Source: Octopus sinensis
Lineage: Eukaryota
Assembly: GCF_006345805.1 (NCBI RefSeq)
Contig: NC_043014.1
Span: forward strand, 12,586,001 to 12,650,000
DNA length: 64,000 nt
Reading direction: 5' to 3'
Each line of letters begins with the position of its first letter. Positions within the stretch are counted from its first letter, which is position 1. Of this stretch, positions 1 through 11,461 are shown in pieces. The position numbers and the translations under genes were made by a program. The notes under the pieces are model-generated. The model saw nothing but the letters and a program-made list of their open reading frames with translations, did no database searches and was not told the origin of the DNA.

Positions 1-19
1 ACTAACAATAATAATAATA

Positions 20-210
20 ATATCGAAAAATGCCTTAGGAATGAGAACCCAGGTTCAAAATTTCCCCAAGTCACCTGATGAAGGCTGGAGGGTATATCAG
101 CCAAAATGTTGTGTTAACAACAGACAAGATGAGGACAAATATCTGTCGATTTTAGATAATGTACATAATTCTTCATCTCTTAAATATAGAACTGCAAGAT
201 TACCCAGTTG
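20..210 (+). mobile_element. 3' module of a hammerhead-bearing (Penelope-pLTR-like) non-autonomous element, preceded by (AAT)n; core decayed
   Basis: CTGATGA (75-81), A, stem GGCTG/CAGCC (83-87/98-102), then AAAATG where GAAACG is expected (two CpG-type transitions). Homologous to 45236-45400 on the minus strand. Confidence 0.65.
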
Positions 211-404
211 TTGTTTAACCTCCCCAACACAGCCCTGTTTGGGGAGACATATAAGGAAAAATGTTCTGTGATCAGTGACCATCCAGACTTTTTATATATC
301 CAAGACTACATGAAAAAAATACGTGATAGAATAAAATAGCTATCTGTGTATCATTCTTGATGTAGATACATCACAAAAAAAGGCAAATTTACTGTGATGC
401 TCAT

Positions 405-605
405 CCATCATCATCATCATCATCATCATCGTTTAACGTCCGTTTTCCATGCTAGCATGGGTTGGACAGTTCAACTAGGGTCTGGGAAGCCAGAAGGCTG
501 CGCCAGGCCCAGTCTGATCTGGCAGTGTTTCTACAGCTGGATGCCCTCCCTAACACCAACCACTCCGAGAGTGTAGTGGGTGCTTTTTATGTGCCACCTG
601 CACAG
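405..605 (-). mobile_element. RTE LINE 3' end / RTE-tail-derived short element with (GAT)n tail
   Basis: (CAT)n-CGTTTAACGTCCG...GTGTAGTGGGTGC; the same sequence is at 8022-8620, 12780-13353, 14614-15050, 31950-32435, 50410-50585, 53110-53508 and 59040-59272. Confidence 0.8.
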
Positions 606-834
606 AGATAATATTATCCAGAGATAATAGCCCTCATGGGCGTACTGTGTTTAAAACACAAACATATCAGTAGCATGAACATTATCCAGCTATGATGAGA
701 ATGTTAGATGCACATTTCTGCTTCATTGGGCTTTGTTAGTAGCATGTACACACTGAGAATCACATGCTAAGACATAGGAAGAAAGATGATTGAAAAATCA
801 CTGGTATTGCAATTAGCTACCCAGCTGAATGTGA

Positions 835-990
835 AAGCACATGGCCCGGTGGTTAGGATGTTGCATTCACAATTGCTAGGTTTTGGGTTTGATTTCCAAA
901 CTGGGCAACACAACATATTCTTGAGCAAAACACTTCATTTCACATTGCTCTGTCGTTGGGAGAGTGCCAGAATTGTCAACGCATCAGTAG
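835..990 (+). mobile_element. degenerate tRNA-derived SINE (family 3) 5' part
   Basis: A-box-like TGGCCCGGTGGTTAG and degenerate B-box; similar to the head of 15773-16074. Confidence 0.55.
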
Positions 991-2175
991 GAATACTTTA
1001 CGATATATCTTATGGCTTTATACATTCTGTGTTCAAATCCCAGTATCCATCCCAAATCTAGTCATATTAGCCAAAGTTTTTGTAATCATCTTAATGGTAA
1101 CAGAGGAGGGTATGGGACCTCCCAGGTCATATAGAGAGTGTTGGAGAAGGTTCACATGCACAGGACCTGCAGATGAGCACTAGATTAAACCCAGTAGGAT
1201 AAAAATCAGTTATGTGCTACAGAAGCAGTACTAGATTAAAATAGCAATCTGTGCATCATACTTAATGCAAATACACCACCAAAAGGACAAATTTACTACA
1301 ATATTTATCTGGAAATTTATCTCTTGTGGACATATCGAGTTAAATAACAAAAAGTATACCAGTAGCCAACAAAAATCACACACCAGTGGCAGTGAGAATG
1401 CTAAGTGTGCGTTTTTTCTTTGTTGAGCTTTGTCAGTAGTATGTACTCACTATCAGCTGCATACTAATACAAAATCCAGAAGGTTATAAACTACTGAAGG
1501 TATCACATTAATATTCAAATTCTCAAACTCTAATTCCTTGTTTATTTCTTTTTATCACATTTTCCTAAAGAGCTGTATCATTTGTAGTAGATTTCCATTG
1601 GGCCAATCCCTGGGTCATTGCATTTCTGGTGGTTACAGCAACAAGGGAGTGAGTGTCTGTACAATTTATCCTTCTATCATACTTCCACATTCTTCAAGAG
1701 GTCTTGTCTTGCAAATACTTGATGGCCTCGCTAGTGCTGGTGCCATGAGAAAAAAAAGCACCAAATACACTCTATAGAGTGGTTGGTGTTAAGAAGGGCA
1801 TTCAACTCTTGAAACCATACCAAAACAGACACTGAAGCTTGGTGCAACCTTCCAGCTTTTTGATTCCTGCCAAGCCAAGATTCCTTGCAGTCCATGCTAA
1901 CATGGAAGAAGTGGTGTTAAATGATGATGATGATGATGTGTTGGGGTGTTGTATATATTGAATTTATTTTGCAAGAATTTTGATCTGAAACCATGTGTTG
2001 AAACAAATATTGTTATATTTTGGAAGAGTTTCAAAAATAAAATCTATAAAATGCACCAGCTGTTGTTTATTTATATATCACTTTTTCTTTCTTTTTGAAA
2101 ACTCCCTCAAATTATTCTTTGCTACACCAATCAGTTGTTTTGTCAATGAGTATACATTTTTTTTTCTTTTTAAAC

Positions 2176-2504
2176 CAGTGGTTCTCAACCAGAGTTCATA
2201 TAACCTTTGGGTGGGTGGGGGGAGTCCATATAACTCTTGGGGGTCCATATGACCCTTGGGGGTCTGTACGACCCTGGTGGGAGTCCATATAAGATTCTGT
2301 TGCTAAAATTTATCTCCAAAACATCAGTTATATTTCTGCAATGCACAAAACATTTTAATAATTATTTTCCTACAATTCCTAATAATATTTTAATCATAAA
2401 AATATAATAGGATTTTTTAAAACATCGAATGGCTATTGAGAGTTCAGTAAATGAAAATAGAAACCAAAGGGGTCCATAGGTTAAAACATGTTTAAGAACC
2501 ACTG
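2176..2504. mobile_element. hAT (Charlie-like) MITE
   Basis: Termini CAGTGGTTCTCAA / TAAGAACCACTG; 8-bp flanks TTTTAAAC (2168-2175) and TTTTAAAT (2505-2512). A partial second copy lies at about 3985-4211. Confidence 0.8.
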
Positions 2505-2732
2505 TTTTAAATGCTTGGCTTTCAATTTATAACAGAGGTGTGGGTTTTTCTTTTTTCTTTTTGGTTATTTTTTGCTGTTGTTAAATTTTGGCATAAAGCA
2601 CACAAGCTCATAACATTTTCTTTGTTCTCCTTTACTTAAGGATTAGTTTTTAAAAATTTATTTTTACTAGCATCAGAACTTATATGTGTTTCGATTGACT
2701 TTTGGATTCCTTATTTTTATATTACATATTCT

Positions 2733-3158
2733 GAGCTGGCAGAACTGTTAGCATGCTGGGCAAAATGCTTAGTGGCATTTAACCCGTTTTTACATTCTGA
2801 GTTCAAATTCCACCTAATTTGACTTTGTCTTTTGTTCCTTCTGAGTCAATATAATTAACTTATTCCCTCACCCAAAATTGCTGGCCTTGTGCCAAAATTT
2901 GTAATCAATATCATCATCATCCAGTGTTTTAAATCTGGGTTTTGTCCCCGTTAACAGGGGTGGCTGGATCTACCTCAATGCCATAACAACCGATGTAGGC
3001 AGGTGCAGCCCACCCCAACCTTTGGGCTGGCTGGTGCCCATTCTCCTTTGCTATCATGAGGCTTTTTTTTAGAACTGGATTTTCTATGGGGAGCATGCCC
3101 TTGCTTACCCCCAACCTCAGTTTCTAGACATGAGTGGTCCCGAGACCAAGGCCTCTAC
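2733..3158 (+). repeat. copy 1 of a ~430-bp local duplication (SINE family 1 plus adjacent element); copy 2 at about 4327-4780
   Basis: Near-identical runs, e.g. CAGGGGTGGCTGGATCTACCTCAATGCCATAACAACC...CTCAGTTTCTAGACATGAGTGGTCCC, in both copies, including the SINE junction. Confidence 0.85.
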
Positions 3159-3349
3159 CACAATTTTATTTGAGGGATGTAGTGATATGACATCCGTGCT
3201 ATCTACAATACAATTTACAGGACCATAGGAGTGTTTGCAGTACTGCTTCTGCTGTCACAGATTGACTTTTGGAGTCCTTATTTTTATATTATATTGGTAG
3301 CATGTTGTCAATAGCTGTGAGTTGCTAATCCATTTGTTCTTCATATTAA

Positions 3350-3571
3350 CCCTTTTGTTACCAACCCGGCTGAAACCGGCTCTGGCTCTGTAGTACAAAT
3401 GTCTTGTTTTCATAAGTATTGAATTAAAATCTTCCACTAAACCTTAGTCACAATTTATGTTCCTAACACTAGCTGAATGATAACTAAATTATTTCACTAA
3501 ATTCTTTGTTATATTTAAGATTGATTGAAAGAAACACAGAGCATCTCAAAATAAATACAGTAACAAAAGGG
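3350..3571. mobile_element. piggyBac-type MITE family A (~222 bp)
   Basis: TTAA|CCCTTTTGTTAC...GTAACAAAAGGG|TTAA. Other TTAA-flanked copies: 10620-10824, 10845-11058, 17149-17369, 33096-33309, 42223-42444, 50886-51107. Confidence 0.85.
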
Positions 3572-3575
3572 TTAA

Positions 3576-3796
3576 CCGTTAGCATTCAGATTACTCTTTC
3601 AAATGTATTATTTATTTATTCACACTGTCTTGAATTAATCATGCATGTTCTTGTGGCTTCAAGATTTTGCTCAAGTAGCTGTTTATTTTTTACAATGACA
3701 TTATAAGGTAGATGTGAGATGTTGAATCTGGTCAGTTAACCCATAAAAGAGGAAGAATATTTGGACTAAGATATGGCTGGTTTAAAGGCTAAAGGA
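3576..3796. mobile_element. piggyBac-type MITE family B (~220 bp), sharing a TTAA with the adjacent family A copy
   Basis: TTAA|CCGTTAGCATTCAG...GCTAAAGGA|TTAA. Related copies: 32747-32959, 42642-42858, 47051-47251, about 56419-56605, partial 50120-50385. Confidence 0.7.
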
Positions 3797-4849
3797 TTAA
3801 GCATCTTCCTCTATAATCATATAGCTTCTGTAATCTGGTGTAAGGCTGGTTCCTTTGGAGCTTGGATGGGTTTAGTCTATCCCTTACAATATTCAAATGA
3901 AGGAAGTCTTCTTTACTGCCAAAGTAATGGTTGACCTTGATTTGTTCAGAATTTTGATGGGTGTTTCACAACCGGAGCCTGAATGGCCCTTTGAGGTCCA
4001 TATAAGATTCTATTGTTGAAATTTATTGGGTACGAATTGCTTATTCTTTTACAATACTCAAAATATTTAGCAATGTTTTATACAATTCCTAATAATATTC
4101 AATAATAAAAATACAGATTTTTTTTACATACCTTGAATAGTTATGAGGGTCAAGTTGAGTAAAATAGAAATCAAAGGGGTCCATAGGTAAAAAAATGGTT
4201 GAGAACCACTGGATTAGGGCCTCATGTAAGATAAGTCTTAGTTCACAGGTACCTACATGACAAAAAAACTACATCATTCTTGCAAATTCTCTACAAATTT
4301 TCAGTATCAATTGATGGATATACTAAGGTGGTGAGCTGGCAGAACTGTTAGCATGCTGGGCAAAATGTTTAGCAGCATTTCATCCGTTTTTACATTCTGA
4401 GTTCAAATTCCACCAAGTTTGACTTTGTCTTTTTTGTTCCTTCTGGGTCGGTTAAATAAGTAACAATGGAGTCAATATAACTCATTTTTTCCCTCACCCA
4501 AAATTGCTGGCCTTGTGCCAAAATTTGAAATCAGTATCATCATCCAGTGTTTTAAATCTGGATTTTGTCCCCATTAACAGGGGTGGCTGGATCTACCTCA
4601 ATGCCATAACAACCGAGGTAGGCAGGTGCAGCTCACCCCCAACCTTTGGGCTGGCTGGTGCCCATTCTCCTTTGCTATCATGAAGCTTTTTTGGGACTGG
4701 ATTTTCTATGGGGAGCATGCCCTTGCTTACCCCCAACCTCAGTTTCTAGACATGAGTGGTCCCAAGACCAAGGCCTCTATCACAATTTCATCCCTTTACC
4801 AGTTGAGAACACACAATGCACATCACCCAAGAAAGGAAGGATGCAGAGG

Positions 4850-5800
4850 ATCGCTAAATGCAAAAGATACCAATAGAATTGCAATATTCAGTTTGAAAAA
4901 CTAGTGAAGGAAGAATATTATTAGCAACTATAATTGTCCAAAATCTTGCTGAAACAGCTGGAATATTCAAGAACAGAAAAAAGAACAAAGGAAGAAGTCA
5001 TTGGAAAGAGAAGAAATTACATGGCCAACTCCTGCAATAAAGTGAGGTCGTTGAAAGTAAAGAACACTGGTTGTGACTGAAGGACAGAAACCTGAAATGA
5101 GAAATTGAATTGTTAATTATAGCCACTCTGGAACAAGCCTCTGCAGTGAATATGATAAAGGCAAAGATCAGTAAAAGTTAGTCAGAGGACAAACACAGAA
5201 TCTGTAGGAAAGAAAACAAAAGTATAAGCCATCATTTGAATGAATGCAGTAAGCTAGCAAAAAAGAGTATAAGTGCAGGTATGACTGTGTTGGTAAAAGA
5301 ATGCATTAGAATGTTAGCCAAGTATATGGATTCAAAGTAAGAGAAATAAGTATGAACACAAACAAGAAACTGTCATAGAAAATGAGAATTACAGGATTTT
5401 TTAGGACTTCCCTGTAAAAACTGACCATGCTACTGAAGCAAAAAGACCACATATTGTTATAAACAACAAAAGAAATAAACTTATGAGATCATAGATTTAC
5501 AGTACTATATGATAACAAAATGGATACAAAAGAAATTGAAGAAGTTAAGAAGCATCAGGACCTGGCTAGAGAGAGATGAAGAGATTGAAGAAGATAAAAA
5601 TAATAACTATTCCTGTGGTAACTGGTACACATGGTATAACACACAAAATGCTATCTAAGAGGCTGAAGAATATTGGAATTGAGTCTTCCATTGTTGGCCT
5701 GCAGAAAAGTGCAATCTTGTATTCTATAGAATTCCTCAGAAAGATTTTTGAGATTTGAGGAAACCTGGTATCACCAAACCTCAAGACGTCTCTACTAACT
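4850..5800 (+). mobile_element. R4/Dong-like non-LTR retrotransposon remnant (C-terminus, restriction-like endonuclease), with stops and frameshifts
   Basis: Conceptual translation gives WKEKKLHGQ, KAKISKS..RICRKENKSISHHLNECSKLA (CCHC knuckle), and DFPVKTDH...KRP.IV...IIDF (PD..D endonuclease region), ending ..LQKSAILYSIEFLRKIFEI (ORF 5576-5758). Confidence 0.8.
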
Positions 5801-5939
5801 AGTAGAGCATATAGTAGTTATAATGATAATAAGAAAAAACTATTAACACCTATATTACTAACAATCAAATAAGAATAAAAACAAATGAAGAATGAGATTG
5901 GTAATAAAATAAGAAAAACACAATGATACTGCCACTAAT

Positions 5940-6288
5940 ACTAATAATAATAATAATAATAATAATAATTCTTCCTACTATAGGCACAAGGCCTGAAATT
6001 TTGGTGGAGAGAATAACTCAACCCCAGTAGAATTTGAACTCAGAATGTAAAGACAGACGAAATGCCGCTAAGCAGTTCAATGCTTCTGATTTCAAATTTT
6101 GGCACAAGGCCAGTATTTTGGGGGAGGGAGTAAGTCATTTACATTGACCCAAGTACTCAACTGAAAAGCAAAGTTGACCTTCGCGGAATTTGAACTCAGG
6201 ATGTTAAGATGGACAAAATGCTATAAAGCATTTTGCCCAGCATGGTAAGGATTCTGCCAGCTCCCTGCCTTAATAATAATAATAATAG

Positions 6289-6321
<33 letters not shown>

Positions 6322-7020
6322 GATAATAAAGGGTTCAAATTTTTGGTACAAGACCAGGAATTTCAAAGGAGTGGATAAGTTGATTACATCAACCCCAGTA
6401 CTCAACAGATACTTATTTCATTGACTTCGAACTAATAATAATAATAATGGTAATAATAATAATAATAATAATAGGTCTCTGAGTGAGACTTGGAGCCAAC
6501 TTGTACAAATGTAAAGCAAAAGTCAAACATAAAATAATAATAATAATAATAATTTCAAATTTTGACACAAGGTCACCAATTTCAGAGGAGGAGGCTAGCC
6601 AATTACATTGACCCCAGTGCTCAACTGGTGCTTCTTTTATTGACCCTGAAAGAATGAAAGGACCAAGGTAGAATTTGAACTCAGAATGTGAAGAGGGAGG
6701 AAATACTGCTAAGCATTTTGCCCAGCTTGCTAACAATTCTGCCAGCTTGCTACGTTAATAATAATAGTAATAATACTACTTTCTGTTATATACACAAGGC
6801 CTGACATTTTGGAAGTGGGGGTACGTCAATTACATCAGCCCTAGTACTCAACTTGTATTCACTTCATCAACCCCAAAAAGATGAAAGACAAAGTCAGCCT
6901 TGGTAGGCTTTGAACTCAGAATGTATGGATGGACAAAATGTTGTGAATCATTTTATTCATCATACTCACAATTCTGCCAGCTCACCACCTTTATGATAAT
7001 AGTAATAATAATGATAACAA
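5940..7020 (-). mobile_element. cluster of about 5 tRNA-derived SINE family 1 copies or fragments separated by (TAA)n tracts
   Basis: Repeated GAATTTGAACTCAG (B-box reverse complement), GATTCTGCCAGCTC and GGCACAAGGCC; (AAT)n runs at 5940-5970, 6270-6325, 6435-6472, 6535-6553. Confidence 0.85.
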
Positions 7021-8018
7021 TAATAATAATAATAATGGACTCACCTGTCAAAGACAACATATGAGTGTTTAGCTTTTGCTTAACGACCTGCACAGATGAT
7101 TTATTTATAGTGATCAAATGTATGTGCTATACATTAGCTCATTTGCTTCATCAAATGAATGACACCTGTACAGGTGCATGGTATATCACATGTCAGGTGT
7201 TGAAGTGATCGTTAGAACAATGTGAAATGAAGTTGTGGCAGAAGTGATTTATGCTGTCATTATGTGTGAGATGTTTTCGTTTTGAGTTATTTAGGCTTAA
7301 ATACCTGGATATCAGCTCCACAGGCCTTTTCGTTCCAGCAGATCACATGACCTTGTGATTAGCCGAGCTTGTTGTTCATATTGGTCAGTTTCCAGCTGTC
7401 CAATCATGTTGGCACAACAATTTGTTTTGTCTTACACGAGAAATTAATCACCAGCCCTGGAAGCCTCCTGATCTCTATAAGAACAGCAGTTCTTGACTGC
7501 TTTAGGTCTTTGGCACACACCATTCACCACACACTACTCATCTCTGATAACGATGTATCTGACACCAGCCAGTCTCCGTTTTCATCTCCACAAGACACCT
7601 GCCTACATCATTGCTGTATGAACACCACACAACCAACTGACCATCGGCTACCTCTACAGACTACCAAACAGTACGTCAATTTTGTCCACAAGATCAACAG
7701 TCCAGCCAGACCACGAAGTCTCTCACACATCTTTGTTGTAACCTGTTATTTTATTTTATTTCATGTATGGCATTCATTGTATTTTATAACGGAGAATAAA
7801 TCATCGCTTACCAGTTCATTTTCATCTCAAGTTGTATATCATTTTTACATTTCATTATTTACCCATCTTCATTGTAAAATGTTTTGCTTAGAAACACAAA
7901 GTGCCATCTGGTCTAGGAATTGAAACCATGTATGAAGGTTGATATAACTGTTCTCAAAGTTAAATACACAAGAGAGTGCAATGCAATATGTAATAAAAGA
8001 GATTGAATTTGTCTAGTG

Positions 8019-8021
<3 letters not shown>

Positions 8022-8049
<28 letters not shown>

Positions 8050-8620
8050 GTCGTCGTTTAACATCTGCTTTCCATGCTGGCATGGGTTGGACAGTTTGAC
8101 TGAGGGCTGGCAAGCCAGATGACTGCACCAGGTTCCAATCTGATCTGGCAGAGTTTCTAAAGCTGAATGCCCTTCCTAAAACCAACTGTTCCGAGGGTGT
8201 AGTGGGTGCTCTTACGTGCCACGGCATGAGGGCCAGTCAGGCAGTACTGGCAATGGCCATGCTCAAATGGTGCTTTTTTCATGCCACCTGCACAGGAGCC
8301 AGTCCAGCAGTACTGGCAACGACCTCGCTCGAATGTTGTCATTCACGTGCCAGTAAGGCAACGCTGGTAACGATCACACTTGAATGGTGCTTTTTTACAT
8401 GCTACTGGCATGGGAGCCAGTCAGCAGCTCTGGCAATGATCATGCTCGGATGGTGCTCCACTAGCATGGATGTCAGTCAAGCGGTGCTGTCATCGAATTT
8501 GATTTCGATTTCACTTGTCCCAACAGGTCTTCGCAAGCTGAGTTTAGTATCCAATGAAGGAAAGGTATGCCTAAGTGGGCTGGTTACACCACTGGTATAG
8601 GCCACGGGTTCTGAACAATA
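8022..8620 (-). mobile_element. RTE LINE 3' UTR with internal ~50-bp repeats and (GAT)n tail
   Basis: Same family as 405-605; matches the 3' UTR downstream of the RT ORF at 63820-63980. Confidence 0.8.
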
Positions 8621-8879
8621 TTTCAACAGTCCTTCTGTCTTCTTCGGGATAAAACAAAAATAATACATAGAAATGCTAAAATTCAAAATTTCCATGGGAC
8701 CATCCTGCATTCCTTCCCAGACAAAAAAAGATGTCATCAAATTTTGCTAACACATAACTGGTTAAAACAAGAGAGAAAAAAAGGAAAAAGAATAGAACAT
8801 TGAATTAAAAAGTTTTCTATAAATCTGATGGAATTTTCCCCATCATTTGGTTCATCCTTCCATAGTGTGCTGCTAGTGG

Positions 8880-9180
8880 TACTTTGTCGATCTTAACGAC
8901 AGAGGTTCCAGTTGATCCAATCAACGGAACAGCCTGCTCGTGAAATTAACGTGCAAGTGGCTGAGCACTCCACAGACACAGCCTGACACAGAGTGTGACA
9001 AGGCTGGCCCTTTGAAATACAGGTACAAGAGAAACAAGAAGAAAGAACGAGAGAAAGTGATGGTGAAAGAGTACAGCTGGGTTCACCACCATCCCCTACC
9101 GGAGCTTCAGAGAGCTTTAGGTGTTTTCGCTGAGTAAACACTAACTACACCCGGTCTGGGAATTGAAACCGTGATCCATA
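8880..9180 (-). mobile_element. SINE family 3 copy
   Basis: AAAGAGTACAGC...GGTGTTTTCGCT...CCGGTCTGGGAATTGAAACC, shared with 15773-16074. Confidence 0.7.
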
Positions 9181-9404
9181 TGCAGCCCAGAGATATATTT
9201 ATTTTCATGTATTTTGATGACTGTAAGTTCGGTGGAATCGCAATATTTTCTGAGAATGTGTACTTTCAGGTTTTTCTCAAAGTTACTTTCATTTGATGTA
9301 AATTACTCAGTAAGTTCCATTGAAACAATGTAATTGTACCAGGTATCATAACAAATCCCATTAAGTTCTTCATTTAATTCTTTTTTTTTTATTGTACAAC
9401 TAAT

Positions 9405-10097
9405 AGGCGTAGGAGTGGCTGTGTGATAAATAGCTTGCTTATCAACCACATGGTTCTGGGTTCAGTCCCACTGCATGGCACCTTGGGCAATTGTCTTCTA
9501 CTATAGCCTTGGGCCGACCAAAGCCTTGTGAGTGGATTTGGTAGACGGAAACTGAAAGAAGCCCATCATTTAGATGTGTGTATATATATAAATGGAGTTT
9601 AACGCAGGTATAATTCACATACTTTTACTTCCGACACATGTTTCGAAGATATAACTGATATTATTCTGGCTGGTTGCACATCTAAATTAAAAGGAGTTAC
9701 AACCTCTTTACTTGTGTGATGTTTTGTTACCCTGATAACTATTTATCTATTTTTTCCATGTTAACTGCTAACAAGGAAAAAATACACACATCTATTTATA
9801 TATATATATACATACATATATATATATATATACACACACATATATATATATGTGTGTGTGTGTGTGAGTGTATATGGTCGTGTGTCTATGTTTGCCCCCC
9901 CCCCCCCAACATCATTTGACAACTGATGCTGGTGTGTTTACGTCCCCGTAACTCAGTGGTTTGGCAAAAGAGACCGATAGAATAAGTACTAGGCCTGCAA
10001 CGAATAAGTTCTGGGGTCGATTTGCTCGACTAAAAGGCGGTGCTCCAGCATGGCCGCAGTCAAATGACTGAAACAAGCAAAAGAGTAAAGAGAGTAA
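9405..10097 (+). mobile_element. tRNA-derived SINE family 2 (head 9405-9590, tail 9870-10097, internal TA/TG microsatellite)
   Basis: Head GGCGTAGGAGTGGCTGTGTG...GGGTTCAGTCCC, GCACCTTGGGCAA core, tail CCAGCATGGCCGCAGTCAAATGACTGAAAC. Other copies: 11750-12165(-), 13643-14044(-), 18297-18675(+), 41545-41870(-), 53677-54064(-), 57321-57715(+), 58298-58670(+), 60433-60837(-). Confidence 0.85.
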
Positions 10098-10322
10098 ATC
10101 AACTTGTGTTTGGTGCAATTCTGCTGCATACACTCAATTGAAATCATTACATGTCCCACATTCTGTATAAATCATAACATTTCTGCTACGATTTCTAAAT
10201 GGAGTCCATCTGAGTCAAGCTGTTGCAACATCACTGTCATTATCGTTGTTGTCACCACCACCACCATCCCCTTCCCTCTCCCCCTCCTCCTCCTCATCAT
10301 ATTCATTGCTATTATCATTTAA

Positions 10323-11058
10323 CCATTTTGTTACCAACCTGGCTAAAACCACTTCTGGTTCTGTAGTACAAATGTCTTGTTTTCATAAGTTTTGAATTAA
10401 AATCTTCCACCAAACCTTAGTCACAATTTATGTTCCTAACACTAGCTTAATGATAACTAAGTTATTTTACTAAATTCTTTGTTGTATTTAAAATAATTGA
10501 AAGAAACAGAGCATTTTGTTTATTTTTAGAATGACAATGTAGGGTGTATGTGTGAGGGGCGAGATCTGGCCAGTTTGAACAAAAAACTGATAGAATATGG
10601 CTGGATATGACTGGTTTAACCCTTTTGTTACCAACCTGGCTGAAACCACTTCAAGGTCTGAATACAAATGTCTTGTTTTCAAAAGTTATGTATTAAAATC
10701 TTCCACCAATCCTTTGTCACAATTTATGTTCCTAACACTAGTTATTTTACTAAATTCTTTGTTATATTTAAAATTAATTGAAAGAAACACAGAGCATCTC
10801 AATAGAAATATGGCAACAAAAGGGTTAACAAATGATTAATTTAACCCTTTCGATACCAACCTAGCTGAAACCGGCTCTGGCTCTGAGTACAAGTTTTCAT
10901 AAGTTTTGAATAAAAATCTTCCACCAAACCTTAGTCCCAATTTATGTTCCTAACACTAGCTGAATGATAACTAAGTAATTTCACTAAATTCTTTGTAATA
11001 TTTAAAGTAATTGAAAGAAACACAGAGCATCTCAAAATAAATACAGTTAACGAAAGGG
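10323..11058. mobile_element. cluster of piggyBac-type MITEs (partial A, partial B, two complete A)
   Basis: TTAA at 10319-22, 10616-19, 10825-28, 10841-44 and 11059-62 bounding CCC...GGG termini. Confidence 0.8.
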
Positions 11059-11461
11059 TTAAAGTTTGTGTTCCATGCCAGCATGATTTGGCTGATTCAA
11101 CAATCTGGAGCACTGCAACAAGCTCCGATGTCCGCTTTTGCATGGATTCTTCAGCTAAATACCCTTCATAGCGCCAACCACTTTGCAGAGTTTACTGGGT
11201 GCTTTTTTTAAGGGACACTGGCACTAGTGAGGTCACCAAGCAACTAGCAAGACAAGACCCCTTCAACTGAGTGGAGAGGGTAGTATTGAGGGCAGAGGGT
11301 GGGGACTTTAGGCTGGGTAATGAGAGGTTAAATTGCGGTAGAAGAACAAAAACTGATGTCTTGCAACAGAGGAGACACAAAGCTACCCCAGTTGGAAGGA
11401 AGAGAAGATGGTGGTGAAAGGGTGTCAGAGCATACCCTTAAGTTACAGGAAGGCGATTATA

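Noticed and set aside
394-576. Poly-His ORFs (HHHHHRLTSVFHASMG...) here and at 12882-13451, 14589-14777
   Set aside because: Translation of the (CAT)n tail and 3' UTR of the RTE-derived repeat; recurs at every copy.
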